Assembly: GCA_965197745.1 (NCBI GenBank) | Contig: CBDANS010000006.1 | Location: forward strand, 1,056,001 to 1,120,000 | Reading direction: 5' to 3' | Source: Opitutales bacterium | GTDB lineage: Bacteria > Verrucomicrobiota > Verrucomicrobiia > Opitutales > PNEW01 | DNA length: 64,000 bases | Part shown: positions 41,622-51,892 of the stretch, piece by piece | Position numbering within the stretch: the first letter of the stretch is position 1 | Layout: each line of letters opens with the position of its first letter | The notes under the pieces: generated by a model | What the model was told of the DNA's origin: nothing | Seen by the model: only the letters and a program-made list of their open reading frames with translations | Databases searched by the model: none | Program-made: the position numbers and the translations under genes

Positions 41622-42707
41622 TTATGAGTCACGTCCAAGCCATTCACCTATTTCTTTCTCAAAACAATGGGATTCAGCATAGGTAACACTGATGTTTTTA
41701 ATAAACTCAGTGGCTTCATCGGTAAAAAGGCCTATATCAATCAGCCACTGCACAGACTCTTGCACAGCTTGCAATGAGCTGTAACGCGGTTGATAATCGA
41801 TCAATCGTTGAGCTTTCGCAATGCTGCAATTAGGGCTGTGTGCAATAAGATCGCGGCTTGTTCGTGCCTCATTATAAGAAACCGTTTTTTTCCACTCTTC
41901 CCACGGGAGGAAACTGAGTTTAGCGGGTTGCCCAAACCAAGAGGCCATCGACTCAGCATACCCGCGATATGTCAGCGCGGATGGCGATACAACGTGGAAA
42001 CTTTCACCTACCGCATTGCTCCAATTTGCCAATGCCTTCATGAATGCCTGTGCTACATCGTCAGCATGGACATGATGGCAGGTTTCCAAGCCAAAATTCG
42101 GAAGCGTCACATTTTCTCCTCGGGCCAGCTTGTCAAAAACCTGCGCGTTGAAGTTTCCGAGTGGATTTACAGGGGCATACCCAGGCCCTACAATGTGACC
42201 GGGATGCAACACGGTTGCGGGAAAACCGAACTGTCTGGCTTCCGCGAGGAGGTAAGACTCGATCGCCGCTTTATTGATGCCATAACCTGATTTTTCACGT
42301 TCTTCGATGGTGCCATCCCTGATATTGCCAAAAGGATTACGTGGTTGCGTTTCCTCGGTCGGCACGCTGACACTGTGTCCATGCACCCAGATCGAGCCAC
42401 AATGTAGAAAATGTTGAACATGGCCTCGTAACGCTTCTACCAGGTGACGGGCGCTTTCTGGAGTGAAACAAATCATGTCAATGACCGCGTCACCATTAAG
42501 TTCACGAATCTGCTGCCCAAAGGTCCCTTGCTCTTCAGCATGGAAGCGATCAATCTGGACCTGCTGAACTGCGTCCCACATAGCGTTTGACTGGTAGGGC
42601 GAACGTTCCTGACGACTGACTGAAACCACTTCATGACCCGCTTCGATCAGACGTGGCACGAGATAGGTTCCCGCATGGCCTGTTCCGCCAATTATTACTA
42701 CTTTCAT
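41622..42707 (-). CDS. NAD-dependent epimerase/dehydratase family protein
   Basis: MKVVIIGGTGHAG, YGINK (YxxxK), HVHADDVA; start placed at ATG 42707. Confidence 0.88.
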   Translation of the reverse strand: MKVVIIGGTGHAGTYLVPRLIEAGHEVVSVSRQERSPYQSNAMWDAVQQVQIDRFHAEEQGTFGQQIRELNGDAVIDMICFTPESARHLVEALRGHVQHFLHCGSIWVHGHSVSVPTEETQPRNPFGNIRDGTIEEREKSGYGINKAAIESYLLAEARQFGFPATVLHPGHIVGPGYAPVNPLGNFNAQVFDKLARGENVTLPNFGLETCHHVHADDVAQAFMKALANWSNAVGESFHVVSPSALTYRGYAESMASWFGQPAKLSFLPWEEWKKTVSYNEARTSRDLIAHSPNCSIAKAQRLIDYQPRYSSLQAVQESVQWLIDIGLFTDEATEFIKNISVTYAESHCFEKEIGEWLGRDS

Positions 42708-42876
42708 AGAGATAATGAAATATGTTGCTCTACATCTTTCCAAGTAAAAACAGAAGTAAGCAGCCAACGAAACGAAAATTGACTCATAGTATTCTACTAC
42801 CCTATGGTGAAGAATACTTTGAATTTGATCTCTTTTTCTAATCAAACAACACCAAGTCCGAGGAAGTTATATAAAA

Positions 42877-43317
42877 ATGGCGAAAAATGTTCCTCTCATC
42901 AGTTCTGGAGCATCGGGCCCTCTCGGGGTCCTACATCTTCCGCGTTTATGGTTAAAAACTTCGCTCGATGCCACAGGTCAGTTGCCAGACGATTATCGGG
43001 CGGGTGTTGGCGGCTTCGATACTATGGTCCTGGTCGGGCTTGGTCTAGATAAGGACGAGTTCCTAGCGTATATTAAAGATAGCAAACCAACATACTGCCA
43101 ATTGGAAAAATGGATCCTCGAAAAAAAAGGAGGCTCTCTTGATGCTGCTGCAGTCAAAGAATTAAATAACGTGATCAGCGGCTATGTCTTTCCTGACGAA
43201 ACGCGCGCATCCATCTGCAGTGATTCAGGTATTCCTGATGACGGAAGTATTAAGGATATCATCAGTTTAAATAATCTCGATGACTGGTATTCCTTTCACA
43301 AGGCTATGCTAAGCTAA
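42877..43317 (+). CDS. DUF5069-like protein
   Basis: PLISSG..GPLGVLHLPRLWLK, FD.MVL.GLGL, LNNLDDW..FH. Confidence 0.7.
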   Translation: MAKNVPLISSGASGPLGVLHLPRLWLKTSLDATGQLPDDYRAGVGGFDTMVLVGLGLDKDEFLAYIKDSKPTYCQLEKWILEKKGGSLDAAAVKELNNVISGYVFPDETRASICSDSGIPDDGSIKDIISLNNLDDWYSFHKAMLS

Positions 43318-43565
43318 AAAGAGCAAAGAGAAGAGCGTGCATCTGAGAAACCTCAGGCAAATATTTAGACCCTAGACGGGGGGTGTAAAGCTTCGGCGCA
43401 ACCGTTGCCATATATATTCATTAGCGTGTGAACGGGTGGTAGAAAACCTAAAAATATCGGGCCATCTATGAAATTTACTTACCCTTCAATGCTGAAGCCC
43501 AAACTTTTCTCTTGGCTAAGGAGAGAACTTATCGATGCTCTTTTTATTATTTTAGTAACTGAATT

Positions 43566-44567
43566 ATGGCCGCAGCTAAAAAAAAGATTCTCGTCGTTGG
43601 CACGGGTACAATAGGTGAATGTCATACGCGTTGCATACTAGCGACAAATCGCGCAGAAGTTTCAATTTGTGAAACCAATGATAATCAGCGAAAAAAAATA
43701 GCAAATAATTATAAAATCAAAAATAGCTATGCCGATTTTACATTGGCCCTCGAAGCAGGACATGACGCTGTTGTGATCGCAACACCTGCGCACCTGCATA
43801 TTCCCATGGCGCAACAAGCAGCAGAGTCTGGTCACCATCTATTGATCGAAAAACCATTATCTGTAAGTTTAGAGGGGATTGATCATCTCGATAGAACTAT
43901 CAGGGAGCGAAAGCTCATTGCTGGAGTCGCTTATGTCTTACGCCACATCCCTATACTTTCAGCAATGAAGAAAGCCCTCGACAGTGGACGCTTTGGACGC
44001 CCCTTGCATATTTCTGTAGTCAGGGGCTGGCACTTCCCCACCTCCCGACCCAATTACAAAGATATTTATTACGCCAGTCATGCTATGGGAGGAGGCGCTA
44101 TTCAGGATGGTTTAACACATCTTATCAATACCGTAAGCTGGCTCGCTGGACCGGTCGAACGCCTGGTTGCCGACTGCGCGCATCAAGTTTTGGAAGGAGT
44201 TGAAGTCGAAGACACAGTCAACGTCTTAACCCGGCATGGCGACACGCTCGCTTCCATCAGCATGAATCAATATCAAGCCCCTGATGAAGGAGTGATCACC
44301 GTGGTCTGTGAATGCGGCACGTTGCGAGCTGAAATTCATTGTAATCGCATGCGCTGGATGATGGAACCTGAAACTGAGTGGGAGGAAGAGACCTGGCCAG
44401 ATTTTGAGCGCGAACATGCGTTTATATCCCAGGCGAACATTTTTTTTGACGCTATCGACGGCAAGAGTGAAATGCCCTGTAACTTATCCGAAGCGCGCCA
44501 TACCCTGGAGTGTAATCTTGCTATCCTGGAGGCAGCTCGCAATCCTTCCAATTGGGAAATATTATGA
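43566..44567 (+). CDS. Gfo/Idh/MocA family oxidoreductase
   Basis: VVGTGTIG, IATPAHLH, IEKPL, GGGAI.D..TH. Confidence 0.92.
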   Translation: MAAAKKKILVVGTGTIGECHTRCILATNRAEVSICETNDNQRKKIANNYKIKNSYADFTLALEAGHDAVVIATPAHLHIPMAQQAAESGHHLLIEKPLSVSLEGIDHLDRTIRERKLIAGVAYVLRHIPILSAMKKALDSGRFGRPLHISVVRGWHFPTSRPNYKDIYYASHAMGGGAIQDGLTHLINTVSWLAGPVERLVADCAHQVLEGVEVEDTVNVLTRHGDTLASISMNQYQAPDEGVITVVCECGTLRAEIHCNRMRWMMEPETEWEEETWPDFEREHAFISQANIFFDAIDGKSEMPCNLSEARHTLECNLAILEAARNPSNWEIL

Positions 44568-44890
44568 CCGACCCTTTTCTTATTCCCACTGAGATCGCAG
44601 AGTATTCGAATTAAAGAAGAATAAACCACGAATAATCACGAATATAAAATACGAAAAGTATAGGAATTAAAAACATAAGAAAAATAGCAAACATTACAGT
44701 GTTTCACCTGATCTCTATCTTATTTCCTATTCTATTTTCTGCGGACACTGCGTCTCTGCGGTGAAACATTCTTTTTCTGAGTTCATGAGTTCTAAATTGT
44801 CATTTTGTGTCTCTTGCTTGCCGGCCATGAAATGCCGAGAAGGGTCAGGCTGTGCTACGGTGTATTGTTGGGCGGGAACGACAACATCGT

Positions 44891-45745
44891 CTATGCGCCA
44901 AGCTCGGACGGCTTTCTCGCCAGGAAGAGGATAGAATCGTTTTCCGCAGTGGTCTCTACTTTTTCGTCGTTATGAATGGCCTCTATCTGAAACCCAGCTG
45001 CTTCGAGCATCTGTCTCAACTCGTTGCGGAAGTAGTAGTTCTCGGTGAGTGTGTATTCTTCTTCCTCTATCACCTTCCCATTGCGCCATAGGACCGTGCG
45101 CATTTGGCGGGTAACACACTGTTCAAGGGGATTGAACGCCACAACTCTAAGGTAAAGCTCGTAATCTGTTCCCACAAAATGGCCGTTGCCGACCCACTGG
45201 TTCCGGCGAGCCGATCCTGCCGGTGCCTTTCCCATTGTATCTGGCCATGGTTCCGGTAAATGATTCCGGTTCTTCTTCGGCCACAGCTGCCACTCCCTGG
45301 CATTTGCATAAGGCATTTCTCTATCCAGGAGAAGCACGCCGCCCGGATCCAGGTGCTGGTAGAAGCGTTGCAGCGCAAGAAAATCCTGCTCTCGGCTCAC
45401 ACCTATCCCAAACGCGCCGCTGACAAAAATAGTCAGGTAGGTGCGTGGTAAGTCAAGTTCGTGCAGCGCTTGCTCATAGAGATTAGGACTGAGACCTTCA
45501 TTTTCACAGGCAAGCCGACAAAGCGAGACCATATCTCCCGACACATCACATCCATCAATATCAAGGCCTGCCTTTAAGAGTGGGATCAGCAAGCGGCCAG
45601 TCCCGCATCCGGCATCGAGAACAGGTTGCCCGTAGTGCTCGATCCTCCGCTGGAGGTTTTCGATCTCCGCGCCGTCTGCCGTATTGTGTTCGGCCCAGTA
45701 GCGTGCGCATAAGCCATAGTGCCATGTCTGCGGTTGCTCGTTCAT
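44891..45745 (-). CDS. Class I SAM-dependent methyltransferase
   Basis: VLDAGCGTGR, GCDVS, HLDPGG. Confidence 0.88.
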   Translation of the reverse strand: MNEQPQTWHYGLCARYWAEHNTADGAEIENLQRRIEHYGQPVLDAGCGTGRLLIPLLKAGLDIDGCDVSGDMVSLCRLACENEGLSPNLYEQALHELDLPRTYLTIFVSGAFGIGVSREQDFLALQRFYQHLDPGGVLLLDREMPYANAREWQLWPKKNRNHLPEPWPDTMGKAPAGSARRNQWVGNGHFVGTDYELYLRVVAFNPLEQCVTRQMRTVLWRNGKVIEEEEYTLTENYYFRNELRQMLEAAGFQIEAIHNDEKVETTAENDSILFLARKPSELGA

Positions 45746-45805
45746 AGGACTTCACACATCAAATTCTGCGATTGTTTTAACCCTGAACCCATAGCCGTGA
45801 ACCTC

Positions 45806-46615
45806 CTAACCCGTAATTCTCTTTAAACGCATTACTTGTCGCGCATGATCGGAGAGACTGTCCCAGAGTTCGCGGGGTATCGTATCTTCCATAGGCGCAA
45901 TCGGTTTCCCGCTATAAAACCAGGGACGGCTGAAATGCATGATGAGATCATCGCGCGGTTGATCGGAGACGTTGGGCGTTCCGCGGTGGAAAAGACGGAG
46001 ATCGAAGACCCAAATGGATCCGCGTTTCACGTTGAGTCGGAGAGGGTAGTAGTTGCCTGTTCGATTCGGGCCCTCGCCAAGAACGTGATCGAACCACTTC
46101 CCTCTTTTTCCATCAATCGATGAATAACAAACCTCCTTATCCGCGATATAATGACTGCCAGGGAGCACTTCAATACTGCCATTCTCTTCCGTAGAACTGA
46201 CAAGGGGAATACGGAGCGCCACCCTGATCGTCGGGGTCATCATTCCTGGGAAGAGAGGTTCCAGATCGCGATGCCACCGCTGATAGACGGCGCCGGGAAA
46301 CGGCGTAAGCGAACTGTAATCCTGGAAGATATAATCTTCCCCGAGAACACTTTCAAAAAGTTTAACGAGGGCGGGATGATCAAAAATCTCCGGGTCGACA
46401 AAGGGGAGCACAAGGGGTATGTCGATAGCGTAACGGTCCGGGCCACGGTTGGGATTGTCCCCCTGCCTTTCAATTTCCCGGTCCCGGATCGGCAACCATG
46501 CCTCGTAGATCCGACCGAGAATGTCAGTGGGTATAAAGTCTTCAATGACGATAAACCCGTTAATCTTAAATTCTTCAATCAGTTGGTCGGTATCTATCTC
46601 TGTCGCTAAGCTCAT
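45806..46615 (-). CDS. PhyH-family dioxygenase
   Basis: QRWHRD, ENGSIEVLPGSH, FDLRLFHRGTPN.S..PR. Confidence 0.88.
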   Translation of the reverse strand: MSLATEIDTDQLIEEFKINGFIVIEDFIPTDILGRIYEAWLPIRDREIERQGDNPNRGPDRYAIDIPLVLPFVDPEIFDHPALVKLFESVLGEDYIFQDYSSLTPFPGAVYQRWHRDLEPLFPGMMTPTIRVALRIPLVSSTEENGSIEVLPGSHYIADKEVCYSSIDGKRGKWFDHVLGEGPNRTGNYYPLRLNVKRGSIWVFDLRLFHRGTPNVSDQPRDDLIMHFSRPWFYSGKPIAPMEDTIPRELWDSLSDHARQVMRLKRITG

Positions 46616-46744
46616 GACAGGTAAGACAAGAGGTCAAAAAGTCAGAAAGTCAAAAGGTCAAAATGTGGAAGACGCGATCGCGGAATATAAGAATTACTAT
46701 TTAATAAATGGTGGAACGCGCTGTCCCTAGCGCGTTGTGAACTG

Positions 46745-47539
46745 TTAAATTTTCGCACCCAGTGCGGCAAGATTTTCAACCATACCTCGAATACGCGGTC
46801 GTTTACTATTGAGAAAATTCTCATGGGGTTGAAAAACTTTACTCCTGGCGTAGAAAATTGATGATGTATTATAAAGGGCATTGAGGTCACGATCGTTTGT
46901 TGGGTGTGCCGCAAACTTCAAGGCAATGATGCGGCGACCTTCCCAGCCACCGAAGACACTATGAAAGAGGCATTGATTAAATAAAACAACGTCACCCGGA
47001 TCTGACTCCAGAGGATAACAGGGTAGATCTTCTCCCGGTGCACCAAATGGCATCGATTGAGGATCCATTTCCTGGGCTCCCAGTTCCTGATGAAAAGGCA
47101 TCTGATGTGAACCCGGAATAATGCGCAGGCATCCGGTATTTTTCGTGACCGGGTCGAGATAGAGCATAATTTTCAGGCGGCAATAACTTACATCTTCTTC
47201 TTCCTCTTTTCGCCAGCATTTACGGTCCGAATGCCATTTATGGACTGCTCTTTTCGTAACATTCCCTTCAGACCCAAACCAGATAAATTCTGGTCCCAGC
47301 AATTGTTCAGCGAGTTGAAATATTCGGTCATCATCCACCAGTTCGGTTAATACGGGACTCGTCTCAACGAAATAATTCATGTGTATACCATCATCACCTA
47401 CAGCCTCATTGCGACGATACTTCTCCCATAGTTTTTCTGCTTCGCGTGTGATCTTTTCCATTTCCTGTGAGGAGAAAACCTGCCGCATAAAAAGAAAACC
47501 AAAGGTTTCAAAGTGTGCTATCTGTTCTGGAGTCAACAT
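46745..47539 (-). CDS. PhyH-family dioxygenase
   Basis: WHSD, LRIIPGSH, LFHS; close paralog of 62385-63173. Confidence 0.88.
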   Translation of the reverse strand: MLTPEQIAHFETFGFLFMRQVFSSQEMEKITREAEKLWEKYRRNEAVGDDGIHMNYFVETSPVLTELVDDDRIFQLAEQLLGPEFIWFGSEGNVTKRAVHKWHSDRKCWRKEEEEDVSYCRLKIMLYLDPVTKNTGCLRIIPGSHQMPFHQELGAQEMDPQSMPFGAPGEDLPCYPLESDPGDVVLFNQCLFHSVFGGWEGRRIIALKFAAHPTNDRDLNALYNTSSIFYARSKVFQPHENFLNSKRPRIRGMVENLAALGAKI

Positions 47540-47883
47540 GATGAAAAATTTATGAATTTTTCAGTGTCAGGTGTTAAGTTTTAAGGACGCACAAAATCAG
47601 GGTCAAACGTAGAATATAAATATACTCGGTAAGCAGGGCCCGGCAGTCGATTGATTCATGATGCATGCTGCAGGATACCGGATGCGCGATGCAGTATTCA
47701 GGATGTCATGGGGTAGGGGGTCGGATTGCAGAATGTGAATTTATTTTTATTGTCATTGCGAGGAGCAACGCGACGTGGCAATCCAGGCGAATGAATGTAC
47801 GCAACCGACATTCCCCTGGATCGCCACGGCTGACAAGCAGCCTCGCGATGACAAGGTATTTCAATCGAAAATCGGCAATCGTA
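47474..47883. repeat. Duplicated segment copy A (phyH 5' end, heptamer array, MITE 47751-47853)
   Basis: Similar to 51421-51892; MITE TIR TGTCATTGCGAGG/CCTCGCGATGACA. Confidence 0.85.
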
Positions 47884-50091
47884 TCATTCTATCGTTAACT
47901 CTTCAACGGCAACCTCGATCGCATCTCCGTCCTCGTTGGCGAAGGTTGCATCGATACTCAGCGTCGGCTGAGGCGTTTCGTCGGACTTGAAGTTGTTCTG
48001 AGTGATCAGGGTCTCAAACCCCGGTGTCGTCGATCCACTCTCTGCCACGACGATCGAAGCGTCATTTGTCTGCACCAGGTCTCCTCCCGTGATGCGCAAC
48101 CCGGGGTTGCCCGCCGGTACCGTGAAGGAACCTTCTCCGAACAGGAGATGGGGCACCGCGTCACCATCGGCGTCGATGTCACCCACCGTTAAACGTACCG
48201 CGATCGGCACACCGCGCGCATGGAAGCCCACCTTGCCCGTGCTTCCACTGAACACGGCATTCGATAACTGTACCCCTCCCAGTCCCGTGGAGTTGACTAC
48301 TTCCACGAGGGCTACGTCTGCCTGGGCATCATAGACCTGTCCTTCGGGGAAAAGGGCCTGATTAAAGGCGTTGATCCTGCCCACGGTAAAGATACTGAAG
48401 AAGGTATTGGCGTCCGCTCCATCGATGACCACGCTCGGTTTGCCCGTCACGTACTCCACGGCCTGGTTGTAGCGTGGAGGGATGGCCGGGGGGAGAAAGG
48501 TGGCTGGATCGAGGGTTACGGTAAAGGTGCCATTACCTGAAAATTCTACCTGCACGATGTCCTCGTTTTCATCCATGAAGGAGACGCGTGTAATCTGTCC
48601 CGGCTTAGCCTGGAGTTGGACGGACTCCCCGGTGAGTAAAATCTGATCGAAGACATTGCCGTTGGCATGCTGGATGTTTTCACCGGCGATATCTCCCGAG
48701 CCGTCGAGGACGAGGGGCACTGAGGGCGCTGCCACAGTGATGACCGCGGTATCGCTGTCAGCACTACCTCCGGCGTTTGTAACCTGTGCCCAGTAGTTTG
48801 TGCTCGTGGTGAGCGCCCCGGTAGTTAGCGTGCCGCCTGTGGCTCCGACAACGGGGTTGGCGGTGTCACCACTGTTGCCGGTATACCACTGGTTAGTGAG
48901 ATCATCGCCGCTGGCGGCAACCGATAGAACGACAGCTGTACCGGACTGCACTTCCTGGCTCGCGGGTTGGGTGGTAATGGAGGGACCTGTTGCGGGGGGC
49001 GGTTCACCGCCGCCGTCGAAACCGGGGGTTCCAATAGGGGTAAAACCGAAGTCGGCGATACCCGTTAGGCTGAACGATGGATTTACATTTTCTTTATCGC
49101 TTAAAGTAATTTTGGCAATGCCGCCCACGGCTCCCAATTCACTGGCAACCAATTTATAATTAAGAGGAAGGGATTCTTCTCGAATGTCCGCCGGGAAATC
49201 TTCGAGCGTAGTGAGTAAGTTATCTACCGTGTCAAATACCTCAATAGTACCGTCACTTTGGCCTAGTGTTGCTGTGTTCTGTGTTGCGGTGGCATAAAAT
49301 TGAACCCGCGCTGCCGGGGTTTCGAAAGTGATCGTTGAGGTTTCACCATTTAACACTCTCCAGAGGTTGCATGTTCGGCGTTGATTTCCCAATTCACCTG
49401 CTCTTACAAAGCCATCAGTAAACGTGGCGGCAAAAGGAGATGATCCAACCGTAATTTCTTGTTCTGCTTCGTTGAATTCACAAAATGTGGTATACACGGT
49501 ATTATTCCTTGGCTCATCTGAAAGGGTAAAACCAAGATCATCGACGACTAATTTTCCCGTGACATTAAAGAACTTAATTTCAGCTATACCATCATAATAG
49601 GCGAAGAAACCTAATTCCCGAAAATCATCTCTCACCGCGACGAATCGTTGCACAGAAGGATTGCTATCAGGGTTGATACTGGTCGGTAAGCCAGTTACTA
49701 CATACTGCGGTAATAAGGATATTAAATTAACATCTTCATTTTGGATTAATTGGAAACCTCGGGCTTCGAACTTACCCGCGCCCGTGTTTTCGGCCACGTA
49801 GAATTCGATTTCATCAATCCCCCTTTCATAGACGATCTTCCCTTCCTGACCAGGCCCGAGGGTTATCGCTTTTGTTCCGGAGTGTAAGAGCGCCGGATCT
49901 TCCAGCGTTTCCACCGTGAATCCGACTATCTTGATTCTGTTGGGTTCTTCCCCAATGAAAAATTCACCTTCCCCGCTGATGTCCTCAAAATCGGTGAACA
50001 CCTCCAGATCTTGAGGCAGGGCCGACAGGCGCACCGGTATATAGAGAAAAAGAATCAGAAGCGGAATTATTTTTATAGGTTGTCTTTCCAT
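47884..50091 (-). CDS. Secreted surface protein, family member 2
   Basis: Same architecture as 36912-39158 with diverged N-terminal loops. Confidence 0.85.
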   Translation of the reverse strand: MERQPIKIIPLLILFLYIPVRLSALPQDLEVFTDFEDISGEGEFFIGEEPNRIKIVGFTVETLEDPALLHSGTKAITLGPGQEGKIVYERGIDEIEFYVAENTGAGKFEARGFQLIQNEDVNLISLLPQYVVTGLPTSINPDSNPSVQRFVAVRDDFRELGFFAYYDGIAEIKFFNVTGKLVVDDLGFTLSDEPRNNTVYTTFCEFNEAEQEITVGSSPFAATFTDGFVRAGELGNQRRTCNLWRVLNGETSTITFETPAARVQFYATATQNTATLGQSDGTIEVFDTVDNLLTTLEDFPADIREESLPLNYKLVASELGAVGGIAKITLSDKENVNPSFSLTGIADFGFTPIGTPGFDGGGEPPPATGPSITTQPASQEVQSGTAVVLSVAASGDDLTNQWYTGNSGDTANPVVGATGGTLTTGALTTSTNYWAQVTNAGGSADSDTAVITVAAPSVPLVLDGSGDIAGENIQHANGNVFDQILLTGESVQLQAKPGQITRVSFMDENEDIVQVEFSGNGTFTVTLDPATFLPPAIPPRYNQAVEYVTGKPSVVIDGADANTFFSIFTVGRINAFNQALFPEGQVYDAQADVALVEVVNSTGLGGVQLSNAVFSGSTGKVGFHARGVPIAVRLTVGDIDADGDAVPHLLFGEGSFTVPAGNPGLRITGGDLVQTNDASIVVAESGSTTPGFETLITQNNFKSDETPQPTLSIDATFANEDGDAIEVAVEELTIE

Positions 50092-50239
50092 CCTGTTATG
50101 TTGATAGAGTGATGCCAGAAATGTGACAAGGAAATTACTTTTTTTCGGGTACGGTAGCCTCTAGTTTAATTATAAATTGGTAACAGGCGAGGGCTATAGG
50201 CGGATTTATAAAATGCCGTATAAATTAATTAAGGGCAAT

Positions 50240-51403
50240 TTATACGTTAACGGCTGCGGATACATCCACCACATAAACCTGCCGCGTCCCCTCGTGAATC
50301 GAATCAAAGCAAACCTGCGTTTCATTCCGACTCCAGCGGGGATGCAGATCACAGCGGATTTCGCCCCTAAATGGCGGAGGAGCTGGAAAACGCCCCAGAA
50401 CGACCCGGCGCTCTTCGAGCATGTGCCACAGCAATAAGGTTTGGCGATTCTCTTTGTCCGGGGATTCATCCGTCAGAAGCCAGGTACCATCTCGGGTGAA
50501 GCTACAGTGGCCATTTTTGGTCAGGATATCAGGTCGAACCATCTGATATTCGCCACTGCTGTCGTTGATCAAGTAATAGTGGTATCCCTCCGGCATCATG
50601 ACCCAGCCAAAAAGAATCTCTGAGGTCTGCCAGTCGAAGTGGGAGGCACACAAGTCTGTCACCACGCGCAGATCGCCGCCCTCCAGGCTGGCTGACATGA
50701 GGATGGTGTGCTTGATCTCAATCCCTGGCTCATTCCAGCGCACGACAAAGGCAACCCGAGTGTCGTCTCGATTGATAACGGTGTGATTGAACCATAATTT
50801 ATGGCTCTGGACTTCAGGATTGTCACTGAAGAAGGCCCGCACCTCTTCATATGAGACCAGGACTTTGGTCTGGCCGGTTTCTGTATCCATCAGATAAATC
50901 CCATCGTCGGTGGGGTGGTTCTGATCGGCAAAGGGGTCAGGCAATCCGGCGTAACCGACCACCGGGCGCAGCGACTTGAGTCGGGCATAGTTGAGGCCCA
51001 GTGCCCGGTGGCCATCACGGCTCAGCGCACTGATGGGATAGGGAAGAATGCGTTTCTCCCCCGAATGAATGTCAAGTACCACGCTGACAAACCGATCATC
51101 CTGCAGGGCATTATAGGTGATCAGGCGGTCCGGTGCGGTGGGCAGCCAATGTAACATACAGCCTTGTTGCAAATTCCAGGCCTGGGTTTCCGCCAGCGGT
51201 TCGAATTTGCCCGAAGCCAGTTCTACCAAACCAACCACAACCGTGTCCCCTGCGCCCGGTGGCCGGTCGTGGAAATCCGACTCCAAACAGAGGACGTACT
51301 GGCCTGTGGCATCCCAAGGACAGATACCATAGTAGCCAAAGAAGTGGTGTTTTGGACCTTGGGTGATTGCTTTGGCGACGAAGTGCTGTTCTGTTGTGTT
51401 CAT
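50240..51403 (-). CDS. TolB-like/oligogalacturonate-lyase-like beta-propeller protein
   Basis: HHFFGYY...PWD, AWN.QQG.ML.W, GHCSF..DG, RCDLHPRWS, FDSIHEG.RQ.Y. Confidence 0.7.
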   Translation of the reverse strand: MNTTEQHFVAKAITQGPKHHFFGYYGICPWDATGQYVLCLESDFHDRPPGAGDTVVVGLVELASGKFEPLAETQAWNLQQGCMLHWLPTAPDRLITYNALQDDRFVSVVLDIHSGEKRILPYPISALSRDGHRALGLNYARLKSLRPVVGYAGLPDPFADQNHPTDDGIYLMDTETGQTKVLVSYEEVRAFFSDNPEVQSHKLWFNHTVINRDDTRVAFVVRWNEPGIEIKHTILMSASLEGGDLRVVTDLCASHFDWQTSEILFGWVMMPEGYHYYLINDSSGEYQMVRPDILTKNGHCSFTRDGTWLLTDESPDKENRQTLLLWHMLEERRVVLGRFPAPPPFRGEIRCDLHPRWSRNETQVCFDSIHEGTRQVYVVDVSAAVNV

Positions 51404-51420
51404 GTTGCCCCTTGAGTATG

Positions 51421-51486
51421 GAAAATCTGCCGTAATTAAAGAAAACCAAAGGTTTCAAAGTGTGCTATTTGTTCTGGAGTCAACAT
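51421..51486 (-). pseudogene. 5' remnant of a phyH paralog
   Basis: MLTPEQIAHFETFGFL* nearly identical in DNA to the start of 46745-47539. Confidence 0.8.
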
Positions 51487-51892
51487 GATGAAATATTTAT
51501 GAGTTTTTCAGTGTCAGGTGTTAGGTTTAAAGGACGCACAAAATCAGGGTCAAACGTAGAATTTAAATATACTTGGTAGCGGGGCCCGGCAGTCGATTGA
51601 TTCATGATGCATGCTGCAGGATACCGGATGCGCGATGCAGTATTCAGAATGTAAGGTGTCGGGGTTTGAAGAATTTAGTATGCCAGATTGCAGAATGTGG
51701 ATTTATTTTATTGTAATTGCGAGGGAGGCGAAGCCGACTGCGGCAATCCAGGGGAATGCCGGTAACGTATTGACATTCCCCTGGATCGCCACGGCTGACA
51801 AGCAACCTCCAGCCGTCGCCGAGGCTATGGCCGACAGGCGCGATGACAAGGTATTTCAATCGTCAATCTAAATTCGGAAATCCGCAATCGCA
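51421..51892. repeat. Duplicated segment copy B (MITE 51712-51848 with nested short palindrome)
   Basis: Similar to 47474-47883; extra CAGCCGTCGCCGAGGCTATGGCCGACAG at ~51809-51837. Confidence 0.85.

Noticed and set aside
43321..43400. Glycine riboswitch-like CTCAGGCAAA
   Set aside because: GGAGA and CCGAAG elements absent and the downstream gene is unrelated.
47665..51871. Similar short ORFs 47665-47898 and 51611-51871 (MLQDTGCAMQYS...)
   Set aside because: They are translations of the duplicated heptamer array and MITE, not genes.
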